The notes under the pieces are model-generated. The model made no database searches. It was given only the letters and a program-made list of their open reading frames with translations, and was not told the origin of the DNA. A stretch of 64,000 nt of DNA, taken from contig JBFWYP010000004.1 in the NCBI GenBank assembly GCA_050186295.1, positions 81,773-145,772 of the forward strand, given 5' to 3'. Both the position numbers and the translations under genes were made by a program. This stretch comes from Thermoanaerobaculia bacterium (GTDB taxonomy: Bacteria > Acidobacteriota > Thermoanaerobaculia > Multivoradales > JAGPDF01). Positions 36,083-45,758 of this stretch are shown here, in pieces (the stretch's first letter is position 1; each line of letters starts with the position of its first letter).

Positions 36083-36943
36083 CTATTCGGTGCAGATCTC
36101 GAAGATCTGCAGGTCGTCGATCAGCGTGTGGGCGGTGATGCCGGCGGTCAGATTGCTCCAGGAATCGATCGCGAAGCCGCCGCTCACCCCCTGCAGGTCC
36201 GGCGTCGCGTCGAGCGCCTCGACCTGGAACAGCGCGGGCTCCGGCGTCCCTTCGGGCCAGACACGCGCCCGGAGCCGGGTCGAGCTCCCCGGCGGGCCGT
36301 CCGGAGCGCCGCCGGTGGCCGCGGGCGGCGGCGCGTCGAGCAGGTAGCGCACGCGGTACGGCACGTCGGCCGACAGTCCGAGCGCGGCGTCGAAGTCGAT
36401 CAGGATCGGCTGCTCGCTGCCGTCGACCTCGCGCCAGACGCCGATCGCCGGACCGCGGAACGCCTCGACGAAGACGGCGTAGCCCTGGCCGTGCGGCATC
36501 GTCTGCTGGAGGTAGCCGCCGTTCTGGCGCGCGTAGAAGCCGACCCCCTGCGTCCCCGGGTCCTCGAGGATCATCGTGAAGAGCGCCTGGACCGTCGTCG
36601 CCGCGCCGGGCGCGACCATGCGGGCGAGCGAGTAGCCGCTCGGATCGGGCCGCAGGCGGCCGCGCCCGCCCTGCACGTCGGCGAGCGCCACCTCGTTGCC
36701 CGACTCGACCCAGGGCGACGGCCAGCCCGCGCCGTCGGGCAGGTTCCAGTCCTCTTCGAGCAGCAGCGCGCCGCAGCAGGCGGGCGCCGCGTTCGCGGAG
36801 CTCCAGGCGCAGGTCGAACCGACCTCGAATCCGTCGAAGAAGATCGTGTCGGCGGCGAGCGCAGCGGTCGCGAGCTCCGCAGCAACGCCGAGCGCGGCGA
36901 GCTCGGCGAGGCGCCGTCGCCATCCTGCGCGGGAGCGGCTCAT
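36083..36943 (-). CDS. Secreted hypothetical protein carrying the FDGFEVGSTCAWS motif immediately after its signal peptide
   Basis: MSRSRAGWRRRLAELAALGVAAELATAALAADTIFFDGFEVGSTCAWSSANAAPAC. The rest is a Gly/Pro-containing protein-like sequence with no recognised family. Confidence 0.55.
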   Translation of the reverse strand: MSRSRAGWRRRLAELAALGVAAELATAALAADTIFFDGFEVGSTCAWSSANAAPACCGALLLEEDWNLPDGAGWPSPWVESGNEVALADVQGGRGRLRPDPSGYSLARMVAPGAATTVQALFTMILEDPGTQGVGFYARQNGGYLQQTMPHGQGYAVFVEAFRGPAIGVWREVDGSEQPILIDFDAALGLSADVPYRVRYLLDAPPPAATGGAPDGPPGSSTRLRARVWPEGTPEPALFQVEALDATPDLQGVSGGFAIDSWSNLTAGITAHTLIDDLQIFEICTE

Positions 36944-37042
36944 GCCCCATTCTGCGCGCAATCCGCGCGCCGCCTCAAGGAGATCCCGACAGCTGCGTGT
37001 GGCGGCCGGTTGTTATGCTCGCTCCCCTTCCATGAGGTGTCC

Positions 37043-38473
37043 ATGCCCGACCGCTCCCCGTCCGTCTCCGCCCGCCGTTTCCGCACCCGCCGGCTCCTCG
37101 CGGCGCTCGCGCTCCTGCCCCTCCTGGGCTGCGCCCGCACGCCGCCGCCGCCGCCGGTGAGCCTCGACACGCTGGCGCCGGACTACGTGAAGCTGGTGCT
37201 CGGCATCGGCGAGCACGACCCGGCCTACGTCGACGCCTACTACGGGCCGGAGGAGTGGCGGGCGCAGGTCAAGGCGGAGGCGCTCGACCTGAAGAATCTC
37301 GCCTGGCACACCAGCGACCTGATCAAGGCGGTCGGGCGGCTCCCCGAGACCGCCGGCGGCGCGCCGGGGAGCGACGCCGAGCTCACCCGCCTCCGGCACG
37401 ACTACCTGCTGCAGCAGGCGCGGAGCGCGGCGTCGCGCATCGCCCTCCTCCAGGGCGCGAAGATGTCGTTCGACGAAGAGTCGCAGGCGCTCTACGACGC
37501 CGTCGCGCCGAAGCACGAGGTCGCCTACTTCGACGAGCGGGTGGCGAAGGTCGAGGCGCTGATGGACTCGCTGCCGGCCGCCGCCGGGGGCGCGGGACGG
37601 AAGGCGTCGCTCCGCGACCGGATCGAGGCGTTCCGCGACCGTCTGACGATTCCACCCGAAAAGGTCGCCGCGGTCTTCGACCGTGCCATCGCCGAGTGCC
37701 GCGAACGCACGAAGCGGCGGATCGAGCTCCCCGCCGACGAGAGCTTCACCGTCGAACAGGTGACCGACAAGCCGTGGAGCGCCTACAACTGGTATCAGGG
37801 GCACCACAAGAGTCTCATCCAGGTGAACGTCTCGCTGCCGATCCGCATCGACCGCGCGGTCGACCTCGCCTGCCACGAGGGGTACCCGGGGCACCACGTC
37901 TACAACCTGCTGCTCGAGCAGAAGCTGGTCGAAGAGCGCGGCTGGCCCGAATACCAGGTTTACGCCCTCTTCTCGCCGCAGTCGCTGATTGCCGAGGGTT
38001 CGGCCAACTTCGGCATCCGCATGGCGTTCCCGGGCGAGGAGCGGATCGCCTTCGAGCGCGACGTGCTCTACCCGCTCGCCGGTCTCGATCCGGCGCTGGC
38101 CGAGCCGTACGCCCGCCTGCGCGAGCTCCTCGAAGGGCTCTCCTACGCCGGCAACGAGGCGGCGCGCGACTATCTCGACGGACGGATCGACGCCGCCGCG
38201 GCCGCCGCCTTCCTCGAGAAGTACGAGTTCTCCTCGCCCGAGCGGGCGAAGCAGCGGATCTCGTTCTTCGACACCTACCGGAGCTACGTCATCAACTACA
38301 ACCTCGGCCAGGACCTGGTGCGCGACTACGTCGACGCCCGCGGCGGCACGAGCGACGAGGCGAAGCGATGGGAGGTGTTCACCGACCTGATCTCGTCGCC
38401 GCGCCTGCCGAGCGGCCTGGTCGTCGAGCCGCCGCCGCCCCCTCCGGCGCCGGAGGCGCCCGCCGCCGAATAG
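37043..38473 (+). CDS. DUF885-like lipoprotein, putative zinc metallopeptidase (HEGYPGHH motif)
   Basis: ATG at 37043. Lipobox LLPLLGC. The HEGYPGHHVYN motif resembles the DUF885 HExxPGHH signature. The C-terminal tail is proline-rich. Confidence 0.55.
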   Translation: MPDRSPSVSARRFRTRRLLAALALLPLLGCARTPPPPPVSLDTLAPDYVKLVLGIGEHDPAYVDAYYGPEEWRAQVKAEALDLKNLAWHTSDLIKAVGRLPETAGGAPGSDAELTRLRHDYLLQQARSAASRIALLQGAKMSFDEESQALYDAVAPKHEVAYFDERVAKVEALMDSLPAAAGGAGRKASLRDRIEAFRDRLTIPPEKVAAVFDRAIAECRERTKRRIELPADESFTVEQVTDKPWSAYNWYQGHHKSLIQVNVSLPIRIDRAVDLACHEGYPGHHVYNLLLEQKLVEERGWPEYQVYALFSPQSLIAEGSANFGIRMAFPGEERIAFERDVLYPLAGLDPALAEPYARLRELLEGLSYAGNEAARDYLDGRIDAAAAAAFLEKYEFSSPERAKQRISFFDTYRSYVINYNLGQDLVRDYVDARGGTSDEAKRWEVFTDLISSPRLPSGLVVEPPPPPPAPEAPAAE

Positions 38474-38495
38474 CGGCGCCGACGGCCTCCGCACC

Positions 38496-38744
38496 GTGCC
38501 GTACGCCTACCTGCTCCGCTGCCGCGACGGCTCGCTCTACGCCGGCGCGGCGGTCGAGCTCGAGCGCCGCCTCCAGGAGCACGCCGCCGGCCGGGCGTCG
38601 CGCTACACCCGCTCGCGTCTGCCGGTCGAGCTCGTCTGGTCGGTCGAGGTCGAGAGCTGGAGCGCCGCGCTGCGCGAGGAGGCGCGGATCAAGAGCCTGT
38701 CACGCGCCGAAAAGCTGCATCTCGTCGCCGCGACGAAGCGCTGA
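38496..38744 (+). CDS. GIY-YIG nuclease family protein (small, UPF0213-like)
   Basis: MPYAYLLRCRDGSLYAGAAVELERRLQEH gives the GIY-YIG core with the conserved R and E. 82 aa. Confidence 0.7.
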   Translation: MPYAYLLRCRDGSLYAGAAVELERRLQEHAAGRASRYTRSRLPVELVWSVEVESWSAALREEARIKSLSRAEKLHLVAATKR

Positions 38745-38759
38745 GCCGCGCTCGCCGCT

Positions 38760-39782
38760 TCAGACCGGTCGGAGCAGCCGCTGCACCGGGAGCAGCCGGG
38801 CGAGCCACCCGACGAGAGCCAGCGCTGCGATCGCCGCGAGCGGAACCGCGAACGCTCCCCGCGCGCTTTGCGGCAGGCAGGCGAGCGTCCAGACCAGCGG
38901 CACGTGCAGCAGGTAGGCGACGAGCGCCTGGCGTCCGAACGGCTCGAGGAACGGACCGCACAGCCGCCGCACGGGAACCAACCAGCGGTCCACCACCCAC
39001 CAGAGCGTGATCGCCAGGGCGAGCAGATTGAGCAGCCGGAGCGGTCCGAGATAGTTGCGCCCGAACCAGAGATAGAGCCACTCCGGAGCGGATTCGAGCA
39101 GTCCCGGCACGGCGAGCTGGCGATGGACGGCGAACGCCAGGGTCAGTGGCACGGCGATCGCGACGACGGCGCGCGGCAGGTGTCCGGCGTCGTCCTCCCC
39201 CCACCGCCGGTGTCCGACGAGGATTCCTGCTACGAACAGGAGCTGCCAGCTGGCGAGCGGAAAGCTCGCCTCGGCGGTCTCGAACGGGGCGAGCAGGAGG
39301 CTGCCGTAGGGCATCCGGTTCGCCAGCCATAGGAGGACCGAGAGCGCACCCACCCAGATCCCGCAGCCGGCGCGCAGCGCCGCGAGCACCAGCGGCGCGA
39401 GCAGCAGGAAGACGACGTAGCGCGGCAGGACGTGGAGCACTGAAGGCTGATCGAACGAGAGGATCTGCAGCCAGCGCGGCGCACCATCCCAGTACCCGGC
39501 GAGGAAGCCGCCGGGAAGCACGCGGCTCCCTTCGAGCTGGCGCAGCGCGAGGACGAGCGCCGTGTTCACGACCCAGAGCCAGAGCGCACGCCGCCAGAGC
39601 CGCAGCGCGAATTCGCGGCTGCGTCCCGCCGCGGCCCGGCGCCGACCGACCCGGCCGAGGGTGACTCCGGAGAGGAGGAAGAAGCCGCCGGCGGCGCTCA
39701 CCGCACCGAACGGCCAGACGAACGGCCCACCGACCCAGCCGAAGTGGACCAGGAGCATGCGGGCGACGAACAGCCCGCGCAA
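38760..39782 (-). CDS. Acyltransferase-3/OpgC-like polytopic membrane protein
   Basis: N-terminal RGLFVARMLLVHFGW resembles the acyltransferase_3 start motif. About 10 TM helices. Confidence 0.5.
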   Translation of the reverse strand: MRGLFVARMLLVHFGWVGGPFVWPFGAVSAAGGFFLLSGVTLGRVGRRRAAAGRSREFALRLWRRALWLWVVNTALVLALRQLEGSRVLPGGFLAGYWDGAPRWLQILSFDQPSVLHVLPRYVVFLLLAPLVLAALRAGCGIWVGALSVLLWLANRMPYGSLLLAPFETAEASFPLASWQLLFVAGILVGHRRWGEDDAGHLPRAVVAIAVPLTLAFAVHRQLAVPGLLESAPEWLYLWFGRNYLGPLRLLNLLALAITLWWVVDRWLVPVRRLCGPFLEPFGRQALVAYLLHVPLVWTLACLPQSARGAFAVPLAAIAALALVGWLARLLPVQRLLRPV

Positions 39783-39840
39783 CAGATCGATGCGCGGGTC
39801 GCGTCCGTCCGGAGCGGCAAGGTCCGCCCGGACCTCCAGC

Positions 39841-40386
39841 TCAGCTCTCCCCTTGCGATGCGAAGCGCGCCGCGAGCGCCGGCAGCGCGTCGCCGGTGAC
39901 GCGGTAGACGGTCCACTCGTCCATCGCCTGCGCGCCGAGCCGCTGGTAGAAGCGGATCGCCGGTTCGTTCCAGTCGAGCACCGCCCACTCGAGCCGGCCG
40001 CAGCCGCGCTCGACGGCGAGGGCGGCGAGAAACGCCAGGAGCGTCTCGCCGATGCCGCGGCCGCGGAAGTCGGGCTTGACGAACAGATCCTCGAGGTAGA
40101 TCCCGGGCCGGCCGAGGAAGGTCGAGAAGTTGTGGAAGAAGAGGGCGAAGGCGGCCGGCTCCCCTTCCCACTCCGCGATCACCACCTCGGCGACGCGGCG
40201 CTCGCCGAAGAGCGAGCGCGCCAGTCCGGCCTCGTCGGTCACGACCTCGTGGGCGAGCTTCTCGTAGTCGGCGAGACCGCGGATCAGTTCGAGGACCAGC
40301 GGCACGTCCTCCGCGGTCGCGAAGCGGAGGCGGATCCGCGGGTTGGGGGTCGCGATCGGTTGGTTCATGCCGGCATTCTCACCCAC
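39841..40386 (-). CDS. GNAT family N-acetyltransferase
   Basis: FVKPDFRGRGIGETLL matches the acetyl-CoA binding motif (R/Q-x-x-G-x-G/A). A GTG at 40386 has a GGGAGAG RBS. An alternative ATG lies at 40368. Confidence 0.75.
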   Translation of the reverse strand: MGENAGMNQPIATPNPRIRLRFATAEDVPLVLELIRGLADYEKLAHEVVTDEAGLARSLFGERRVAEVVIAEWEGEPAAFALFFHNFSTFLGRPGIYLEDLFVKPDFRGRGIGETLLAFLAALAVERGCGRLEWAVLDWNEPAIRFYQRLGAQAMDEWTVYRVTGDALPALAARFASQGES

Positions 40387-40494
40387 GCGGCTCTCCCGGC
40401 GGCACCAGACTGCACAGGATCCGGGCAGGCGTATAGTGAAACCCTGTTTCCGCAGAGAAGCATCCTTGCTTCATTTCCCGAGAAGGGGGTACCG

Positions 40495-41286
40495 ATGAGA
40501 GAAATCCGTCGCAGCACCGCGCTGTCTCTGGCCGTCGCCACCATCCTGGCGCTGGCCGCCTTCGCCGCGGCTCCGGTCCTGGCCGAGTCGCACGAAGAGA
40601 AGATGCCCGGCCCGATCGCCGACCTCTGGATGGTCTGGCCCAAGGCGGGCCACGAGGCGCAGTTCGCCACCGCCATCCAGGCACACTTGGCGTGGCGCAA
40701 GCAGGCCGGAGAGGGCTGGACCTGGAGCGGATTCCAGCCGCTCGTCGGCACCGACCTCACCTACTACGTCTTCCGCTCGGGCGATCACGAGTGGGCCGAC
40801 CTCGACGCCCAGGACGCCTGGGAGGTGAAGACCAAGGCCGGAGCCGAGTTCAACAAGAGCATCATGCCGCACGTCGACCGGCTCGAGCACTACATCACCG
40901 AACAGGACTTCGCCAACTCGCACTGGGCCCCGGCCGAGGACTACAAGTACTTCTGGGTCGAGGACCACGTCGTCAAGAGCGGCCACCAGCAGGACGTTCG
41001 CGAAGCGCTCGGTGTCCTCACCAAGGGGCTCGTGGACGGCGGCTGGACCGGCTCCTGGGCGGTCAGCCGCTCGGTGGGTGGCGCCGGCGGCGGCCTCACG
41101 CTGGCCTTCCCGTACCGCACGTTCGCCGAGATGAAGGAGCCCGAGCCGGGCTTCATGGAGATCCTGACCAAGGGGATGGGCTCGGCCGAAGCGGCAGGCG
41201 CGGCGATGGGCAAGTGGGACGCCTCGATCGAGTCGTCGAAAACGACGATCTACGTCTACCGGCCCGACCTGTCGACCAAGATGTAA
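40495..41286 (+). CDS. Secreted hypothetical protein
   Basis: ATG at 40495 after a GGGGG RBS. Signal peptide MREIRRSTALSLAVATILALAAFAAAPVLA. Protein-like composition. No family recognised. Confidence 0.6.
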   Translation: MREIRRSTALSLAVATILALAAFAAAPVLAESHEEKMPGPIADLWMVWPKAGHEAQFATAIQAHLAWRKQAGEGWTWSGFQPLVGTDLTYYVFRSGDHEWADLDAQDAWEVKTKAGAEFNKSIMPHVDRLEHYITEQDFANSHWAPAEDYKYFWVEDHVVKSGHQQDVREALGVLTKGLVDGGWTGSWAVSRSVGGAGGGLTLAFPYRTFAEMKEPEPGFMEILTKGMGSAEAAGAAMGKWDASIESSKTTIYVYRPDLSTKM

Positions 41287-41366
41287 CGCGATCCCCAGGA
41301 AGGCGGCGGGACCGTCCTGGCCCGTTCGGCGTCAGAATGTCGTTCCTCTGTCCAAGGAGAATCGAC

Positions 41367-42329
41367 ATGAAACGGTCCCGCCCCTCCCTCTCGTTTCTTT
41401 CCCTGGTCGTCGCGTCCGCGCTCGTCGGCTGCTCCGACCCGAACTCCGGAGTTGCCGCCGGCGAAGCCGGAGTCTCCGCCGCCAAAGCGCCGGCGGAGAC
41501 TGCGCCCATCCAACCCTGGAGCTACCCCCCGCCGGTCTCGGGACGGATCTCCGAGGCCAACGCCGGGACGTTCGATCTCGTCGACGGCATCGCCTATCCG
41601 GCCAGTGACGCGTCGAAGGGAACCGTCGTCTTCGTGACCTCGAAGGCGATCGCCTCACCGTTGCTCGCGACGACCACCTGCCCGGCGACCAAGGCGCGCG
41701 CACTCAAGCTTCTGCGCAACGCCCACTACGTGGAGCTGACGATCGACTCCCGAGGGCACGCACCGACGTTTCTCTACGGCTCGCCGTACGACGGTCAGGG
41801 GCGCGGATTCGACACCGGGAACAGCGAGTGGCAGAGCACCCTGGCGATCGCGGACGGAATCGCGAAGGGAACGGTTCGCCACCGCTACTACGGTTCGTTC
41901 GACTACGCCGTACCGGTCGCCCGCACGCTGCCGACGGAGGTCAGCGAGGACGACCGGATGGCGGCCGGGTACGCCGCCTGGGGAGGCGACGCGCCGGTAC
42001 CGACCGACGTCGAGGCGATCACCGCCTACGGTCTCACCTACCGGGCCGTCGTCGACGGCGACCTCGGGCGCTACCTCGAGCTGCAGGGATTCACTGCGGA
42101 TGAGATCGCGAAGATCCGCGGCCTCGCCGGAATCGACGACGACTTCCGGGCGCATCGCGATCGCTTCCTCGATCCCGGGGCGCCCGAGGAGCCGACGCTC
42201 GCGAACGGATTCGCCGCCATCGGCGCCCGCGGTACGAACACCAAAGGCGAAGCGTTCGCGAACTACTACGAATTCACGCCCTGCGGCGGCGCGCTCGTGC
42301 TCACCTCGATCGCGCTCAACCCGCAGTAA
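41367..42329 (+). CDS. Hypothetical lipoprotein
   Basis: ATG at 41367 after an AAGGAGA RBS. Lipobox LVGCS. No family recognised. Confidence 0.6.
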   Translation: MKRSRPSLSFLSLVVASALVGCSDPNSGVAAGEAGVSAAKAPAETAPIQPWSYPPPVSGRISEANAGTFDLVDGIAYPASDASKGTVVFVTSKAIASPLLATTTCPATKARALKLLRNAHYVELTIDSRGHAPTFLYGSPYDGQGRGFDTGNSEWQSTLAIADGIAKGTVRHRYYGSFDYAVPVARTLPTEVSEDDRMAAGYAAWGGDAPVPTDVEAITAYGLTYRAVVDGDLGRYLELQGFTADEIAKIRGLAGIDDDFRAHRDRFLDPGAPEEPTLANGFAAIGARGTNTKGEAFANYYEFTPCGGALVLTSIALNPQ

Positions 42330-42386
42330 TTCCTGAAACCGCGCTGCATCCTCCCGGCCGCCCGCAGGTGGGCGGCCGGCGTCAGG

Positions 42387-45300
42387 TCACTCCCACCAGA
42401 GCTTCGCGCGCTCCCTCTCGTCCGGTGCGATCTCGTTCATGGTCGCGGAGTCGTAGAGGCGGCCGTTGGCGAGGACGTAGTGCAGCTTCGTGGACTGGCG
42501 GATGTCGTCGAGCGGGTTGGCGTCGAGGACCACGAGGTCGGCGAGCTTTCCGGCTTCGATCGAGCCGATGTCGCGGTCGAGGCCGAGGTAGCGGGCGCCG
42601 GCGAGGGTGCCAGCGCGGAGCGCCTCGAACGGCGTCATGCCGCCCTGCACCATCATCCAGAGCTCCCAGTGTGCGGCGAGCCCTTCGCGCTGCCCGTGGG
42701 CACCGAGCTGGACCGAGACGCCGGCGTCGAGCAGCTGCTTGGCGACCTTCGCCTGCAGGATGTGGTTGTACTCCCCTTCCGGCGCGATCTCGCGGCGGCG
42801 GGAGCGGGCGTCGAGGATCTGCCGCGGCACGAAGTGCGCGAGCGGCTCCTCCGACCAGACGTCGGTGTGGGCATACCAGTAGGTCTCGCCGAAGAGGCCG
42901 CCGTAGGCGACGCCGAGCGTCGGCGTGTAGCCCACCTTCGTCGCGCCCCAGAGCTGCTCGACGTCCTTGTAGATCGCGCCGACCGGGATCGAGTGCTCGA
43001 CCCCGGTGTGGCCGTCGACGACCTGCGACAGGTTCTGCGCCAGGAGCGAGCCGCCCTCGGGCACGACCATCATTCCGAGCTCGCGGCCGGCGGCGATCAC
43101 CTGCTGGCGCTGCTCGCGCCGCGGCTGGTTGTAGCTCTTGACCGAGAATGCTCCGGCCGCCTTCAGTCGACGGAGGTGCATCTTCGCGTCGTCGAGCGAA
43201 TCGATGATGGCGTTGAAGTCGCCCTTGGCGCCGTAGAGGATCGTGCCGGTCGAGAAGATGCGCGGCGCGACGATCATCCCGGCGCGCTGGAGCTCGGCGG
43301 CGGCGAAGATCTCGTCGGTGTCGTTCGACGGATCGTGGAGGGTGGTCACACCGTAGGCGAGGCTGGCGAGGTTGACCCAGCTCTGCTGCGGGATCAGCTG
43401 GTCGGAGCCCTGCGGTCCGTGCCAGTGCACGTCGACGAGACCCGGGATCAGCGTCTTGCCGCTGACGTCGATCGTCCGCGTGCCCTCGGGGATCGCCACG
43501 GCGCCGGCGGCGCCGACGGCGACGATCCGGTTGCCGTCGACGACGACCACGCCGTTCTCGATCACCTCGTCGGATCCGTCACGCATCGGGATCACGCGGC
43601 CGCCGACCAGGGCGAGCCGGCCGGCGGGCTTGCCGTACGGCACCTGGAAACCGAGATCGACCCCGGTGGCGGGCGGCTCGGGCAGCTTCGCCGGCGCCCC
43701 CTCGAGGAAGGCGAAGGCGTCCTTGAGATCGCGGGTGTAGAGCTCGGGCCCGAGCGACCAGTGGAGGCTCCGTGAATCGCCCGACCAGTGCACGTTCTCG
43801 CCGGCGTCCTTCGAGACCCGCGCGAGCGGCAGCGAGCTCGCCTTCGGTCCGAGCTCGATCGCCTTGCCGGTGGCGACGAACGGCGCCACGTGGACGTTCC
43901 AGCGCTCGACGAACGCCAGCCAGCGGCCGTCCGGCGAGAGGCGGAAGTCGGTCGCCGCCTCCGAGGTCACGTGCACGCGCTCGTCCGAACCGTCGAGCTC
44001 GAGCGAGACGAACGAACGCTTGTCCTCGGCGCCGTAGCGCATCAGGTAGACGCGTCCGGAGTCGGCGCCGAACTGCGGCTTGAGACCGTCCTCGGTGACC
44101 AGCACCGGCTCCCCGCCCGAAGCCGGCACGACGAAGATCCCGGTCTCGCGCCCCCAGGCGGTGCCGCGGAGGAAGTTGCCGGTGTCCTTGCGGTAGACGA
44201 CCCGCGAGCCGTCGGGAGTGAAGGCCGGTTCGAAGTAGTGACCCGGCTCGTCGGTGAGCTTGCGCGGCGCCGAGCCGGCGATCGCGTCGACCACCTTGAC
44301 GGCGCCGAGGTTGCCGTCGTCGAACGTCGTGTAGACGATCGAGCGGCCGTCGCGCGACCAGGAGCCGGCGTACTCGAAGTTGGCCGGATCGCTGGTCAGC
44401 CGCTGCGGCACGCCGGCCGGGAGGTCGCGGATCCAGAGCTTGCCGAGCGTCTGGAAGATCACCCGCGTGCCGTCGGGCGACGGCTCGACCCAGCGCAGCA
44501 TCTTCACCGGGAAGCGGTCGGGCGCGACCTCGACCGGGAAGCGCAGCGCCTCGGTCACCTGGCGCGTGTCGCGGACGTGGAACGGCACGATCGTGTCGCT
44601 GCCGCTCTCGACGTCGAGGCGGTGGATCTTGCCGCCGGCCCAGAAGATCAGCTCGCGCCCGTCGGGCGACCAGGAGAAGGCCGGGTAGACGCCGTGGATC
44701 GCCCAGGTCTCCTGGAGGTCGCGATCGAGCTTGTCGTAGACCGCACGCTCGACTCCCGAGGCGAGGTCCTGGACGAAGAGGGTCGACTGGAAGCGGACGC
44801 GGCGGACGTAGGCCAGGCGCTTGCCGTCCGGCGACGGAGTCGGCCGGATGGCGCCGCCGGCGCCGTCGACCCAGCGCTCGATCTTGCCGGTCTCGCGGTC
44901 GAGCCGGAAGATGACGTAGATGCCGGCGTTCGAATCCTTGTTGTACTCGAACACGGCGCCGGGGGTCGCGTCGCGCGAGAAGTAGACGTAGCGGCCGTCG
45001 GGCGAGAAGGCGGGCTCGCCGACGTCCTTCTGGTCGTTGGGCTTCTCGGTGAGCTGCAGGCCGTCGCCACCGGTGCGGTGCCAGAGCCAGATCTCGCCGC
45101 TGCCGAGCGAGCGCTCGGAGGTGAAGTGCTTGTGGCCGGCGATCCACTGGCCGTCGGGGCTCCAGGCCGGGCTGTTGACCAGGCGGAAGCTCTCCTTCGA
45201 AATCTGCTGCGGCTCGCTGCCGTCGCGGCGCATGATCCAGAGGTTGTCGCCGCCGGCGCGGTCGCTGGTGAAGGCGATCCACTGGCCGTCGGGCGAGAAG

Positions 45301-45605
45301 CGCGGCTGCATGTCCCAGGAGACGCCGGAGGAGATCGCGCGCGCCTCGCCGCCGGAAGCGGGCATGACGTAGATGTCGCCCAGCAGATCGAAGACGATCT
45401 CGTTGCCCGCCGGCGACAGGTCGACCGTCATCCAGGTCCCTTCGTCGACGTCGATCGTGGCGGCGTGCGACGGTCCCGGAGGATGGTTGACGTCCCACTT
45501 CGGCGCCTCGTCCTTCTTCGCCTCGTCGGTTTTCTTCTTCGTGTCGGCCGCGAAGGCGGTGCCGGCGAGCAGACACAGGGCGAGGACGGACAGGAATCGG
45601 CGCAT
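42387..45605 (-). CDS. Amidohydrolase family protein with an N-terminal TolB-like beta-propeller (about 1070 aa, secreted)
   Basis: Signal peptide MRRFLSVLALCLLAGTAFA from the internal ATG at 45605. TolB-like blades (SPDGQWIAFTSDRAGGDNLWIM). The C-terminal amidohydrolase region has LIPGLVDVHWHG (metal-binding HxH). Confidence 0.8.
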   Translation of the reverse strand: MRRFLSVLALCLLAGTAFAADTKKKTDEAKKDEAPKWDVNHPPGPSHAATIDVDEGTWMTVDLSPAGNEIVFDLLGDIYVMPASGGEARAISSGVSWDMQPRFSPDGQWIAFTSDRAGGDNLWIMRRDGSEPQQISKESFRLVNSPAWSPDGQWIAGHKHFTSERSLGSGEIWLWHRTGGDGLQLTEKPNDQKDVGEPAFSPDGRYVYFSRDATPGAVFEYNKDSNAGIYVIFRLDRETGKIERWVDGAGGAIRPTPSPDGKRLAYVRRVRFQSTLFVQDLASGVERAVYDKLDRDLQETWAIHGVYPAFSWSPDGRELIFWAGGKIHRLDVESGSDTIVPFHVRDTRQVTEALRFPVEVAPDRFPVKMLRWVEPSPDGTRVIFQTLGKLWIRDLPAGVPQRLTSDPANFEYAGSWSRDGRSIVYTTFDDGNLGAVKVVDAIAGSAPRKLTDEPGHYFEPAFTPDGSRVVYRKDTGNFLRGTAWGRETGIFVVPASGGEPVLVTEDGLKPQFGADSGRVYLMRYGAEDKRSFVSLELDGSDERVHVTSEAATDFRLSPDGRWLAFVERWNVHVAPFVATGKAIELGPKASSLPLARVSKDAGENVHWSGDSRSLHWSLGPELYTRDLKDAFAFLEGAPAKLPEPPATGVDLGFQVPYGKPAGRLALVGGRVIPMRDGSDEVIENGVVVVDGNRIVAVGAAGAVAIPEGTRTIDVSGKTLIPGLVDVHWHGPQGSDQLIPQQSWVNLASLAYGVTTLHDPSNDTDEIFAAAELQRAGMIVAPRIFSTGTILYGAKGDFNAIIDSLDDAKMHLRRLKAAGAFSVKSYNQPRREQRQQVIAAGRELGMMVVPEGGSLLAQNLSQVVDGHTGVEHSIPVGAIYKDVEQLWGATKVGYTPTLGVAYGGLFGETYWYAHTDVWSEEPLAHFVPRQILDARSRRREIAPEGEYNHILQAKVAKQLLDAGVSVQLGAHGQREGLAAHWELWMMVQGGMTPFEALRAGTLAGARYLGLDRDIGSIEAGKLADLVVLDANPLDDIRQSTKLHYVLANGRLYDSATMNEIAPDERERAKLWWE

Positions 45606-45758
45606 GCGGTGCTCCTCTGGTCGGAAGTGGAACGGGGGCTGCCCGGTCATTCTACGGGATCGCCCCCTCGCCGCCCGCGAGTCCGCTCACTCACCACCAA
45701 CGACGATTGCGCAACGCCGGTCGCCCATCTTCGGCGACCGGCGAGCTGTGGAGCCTGG

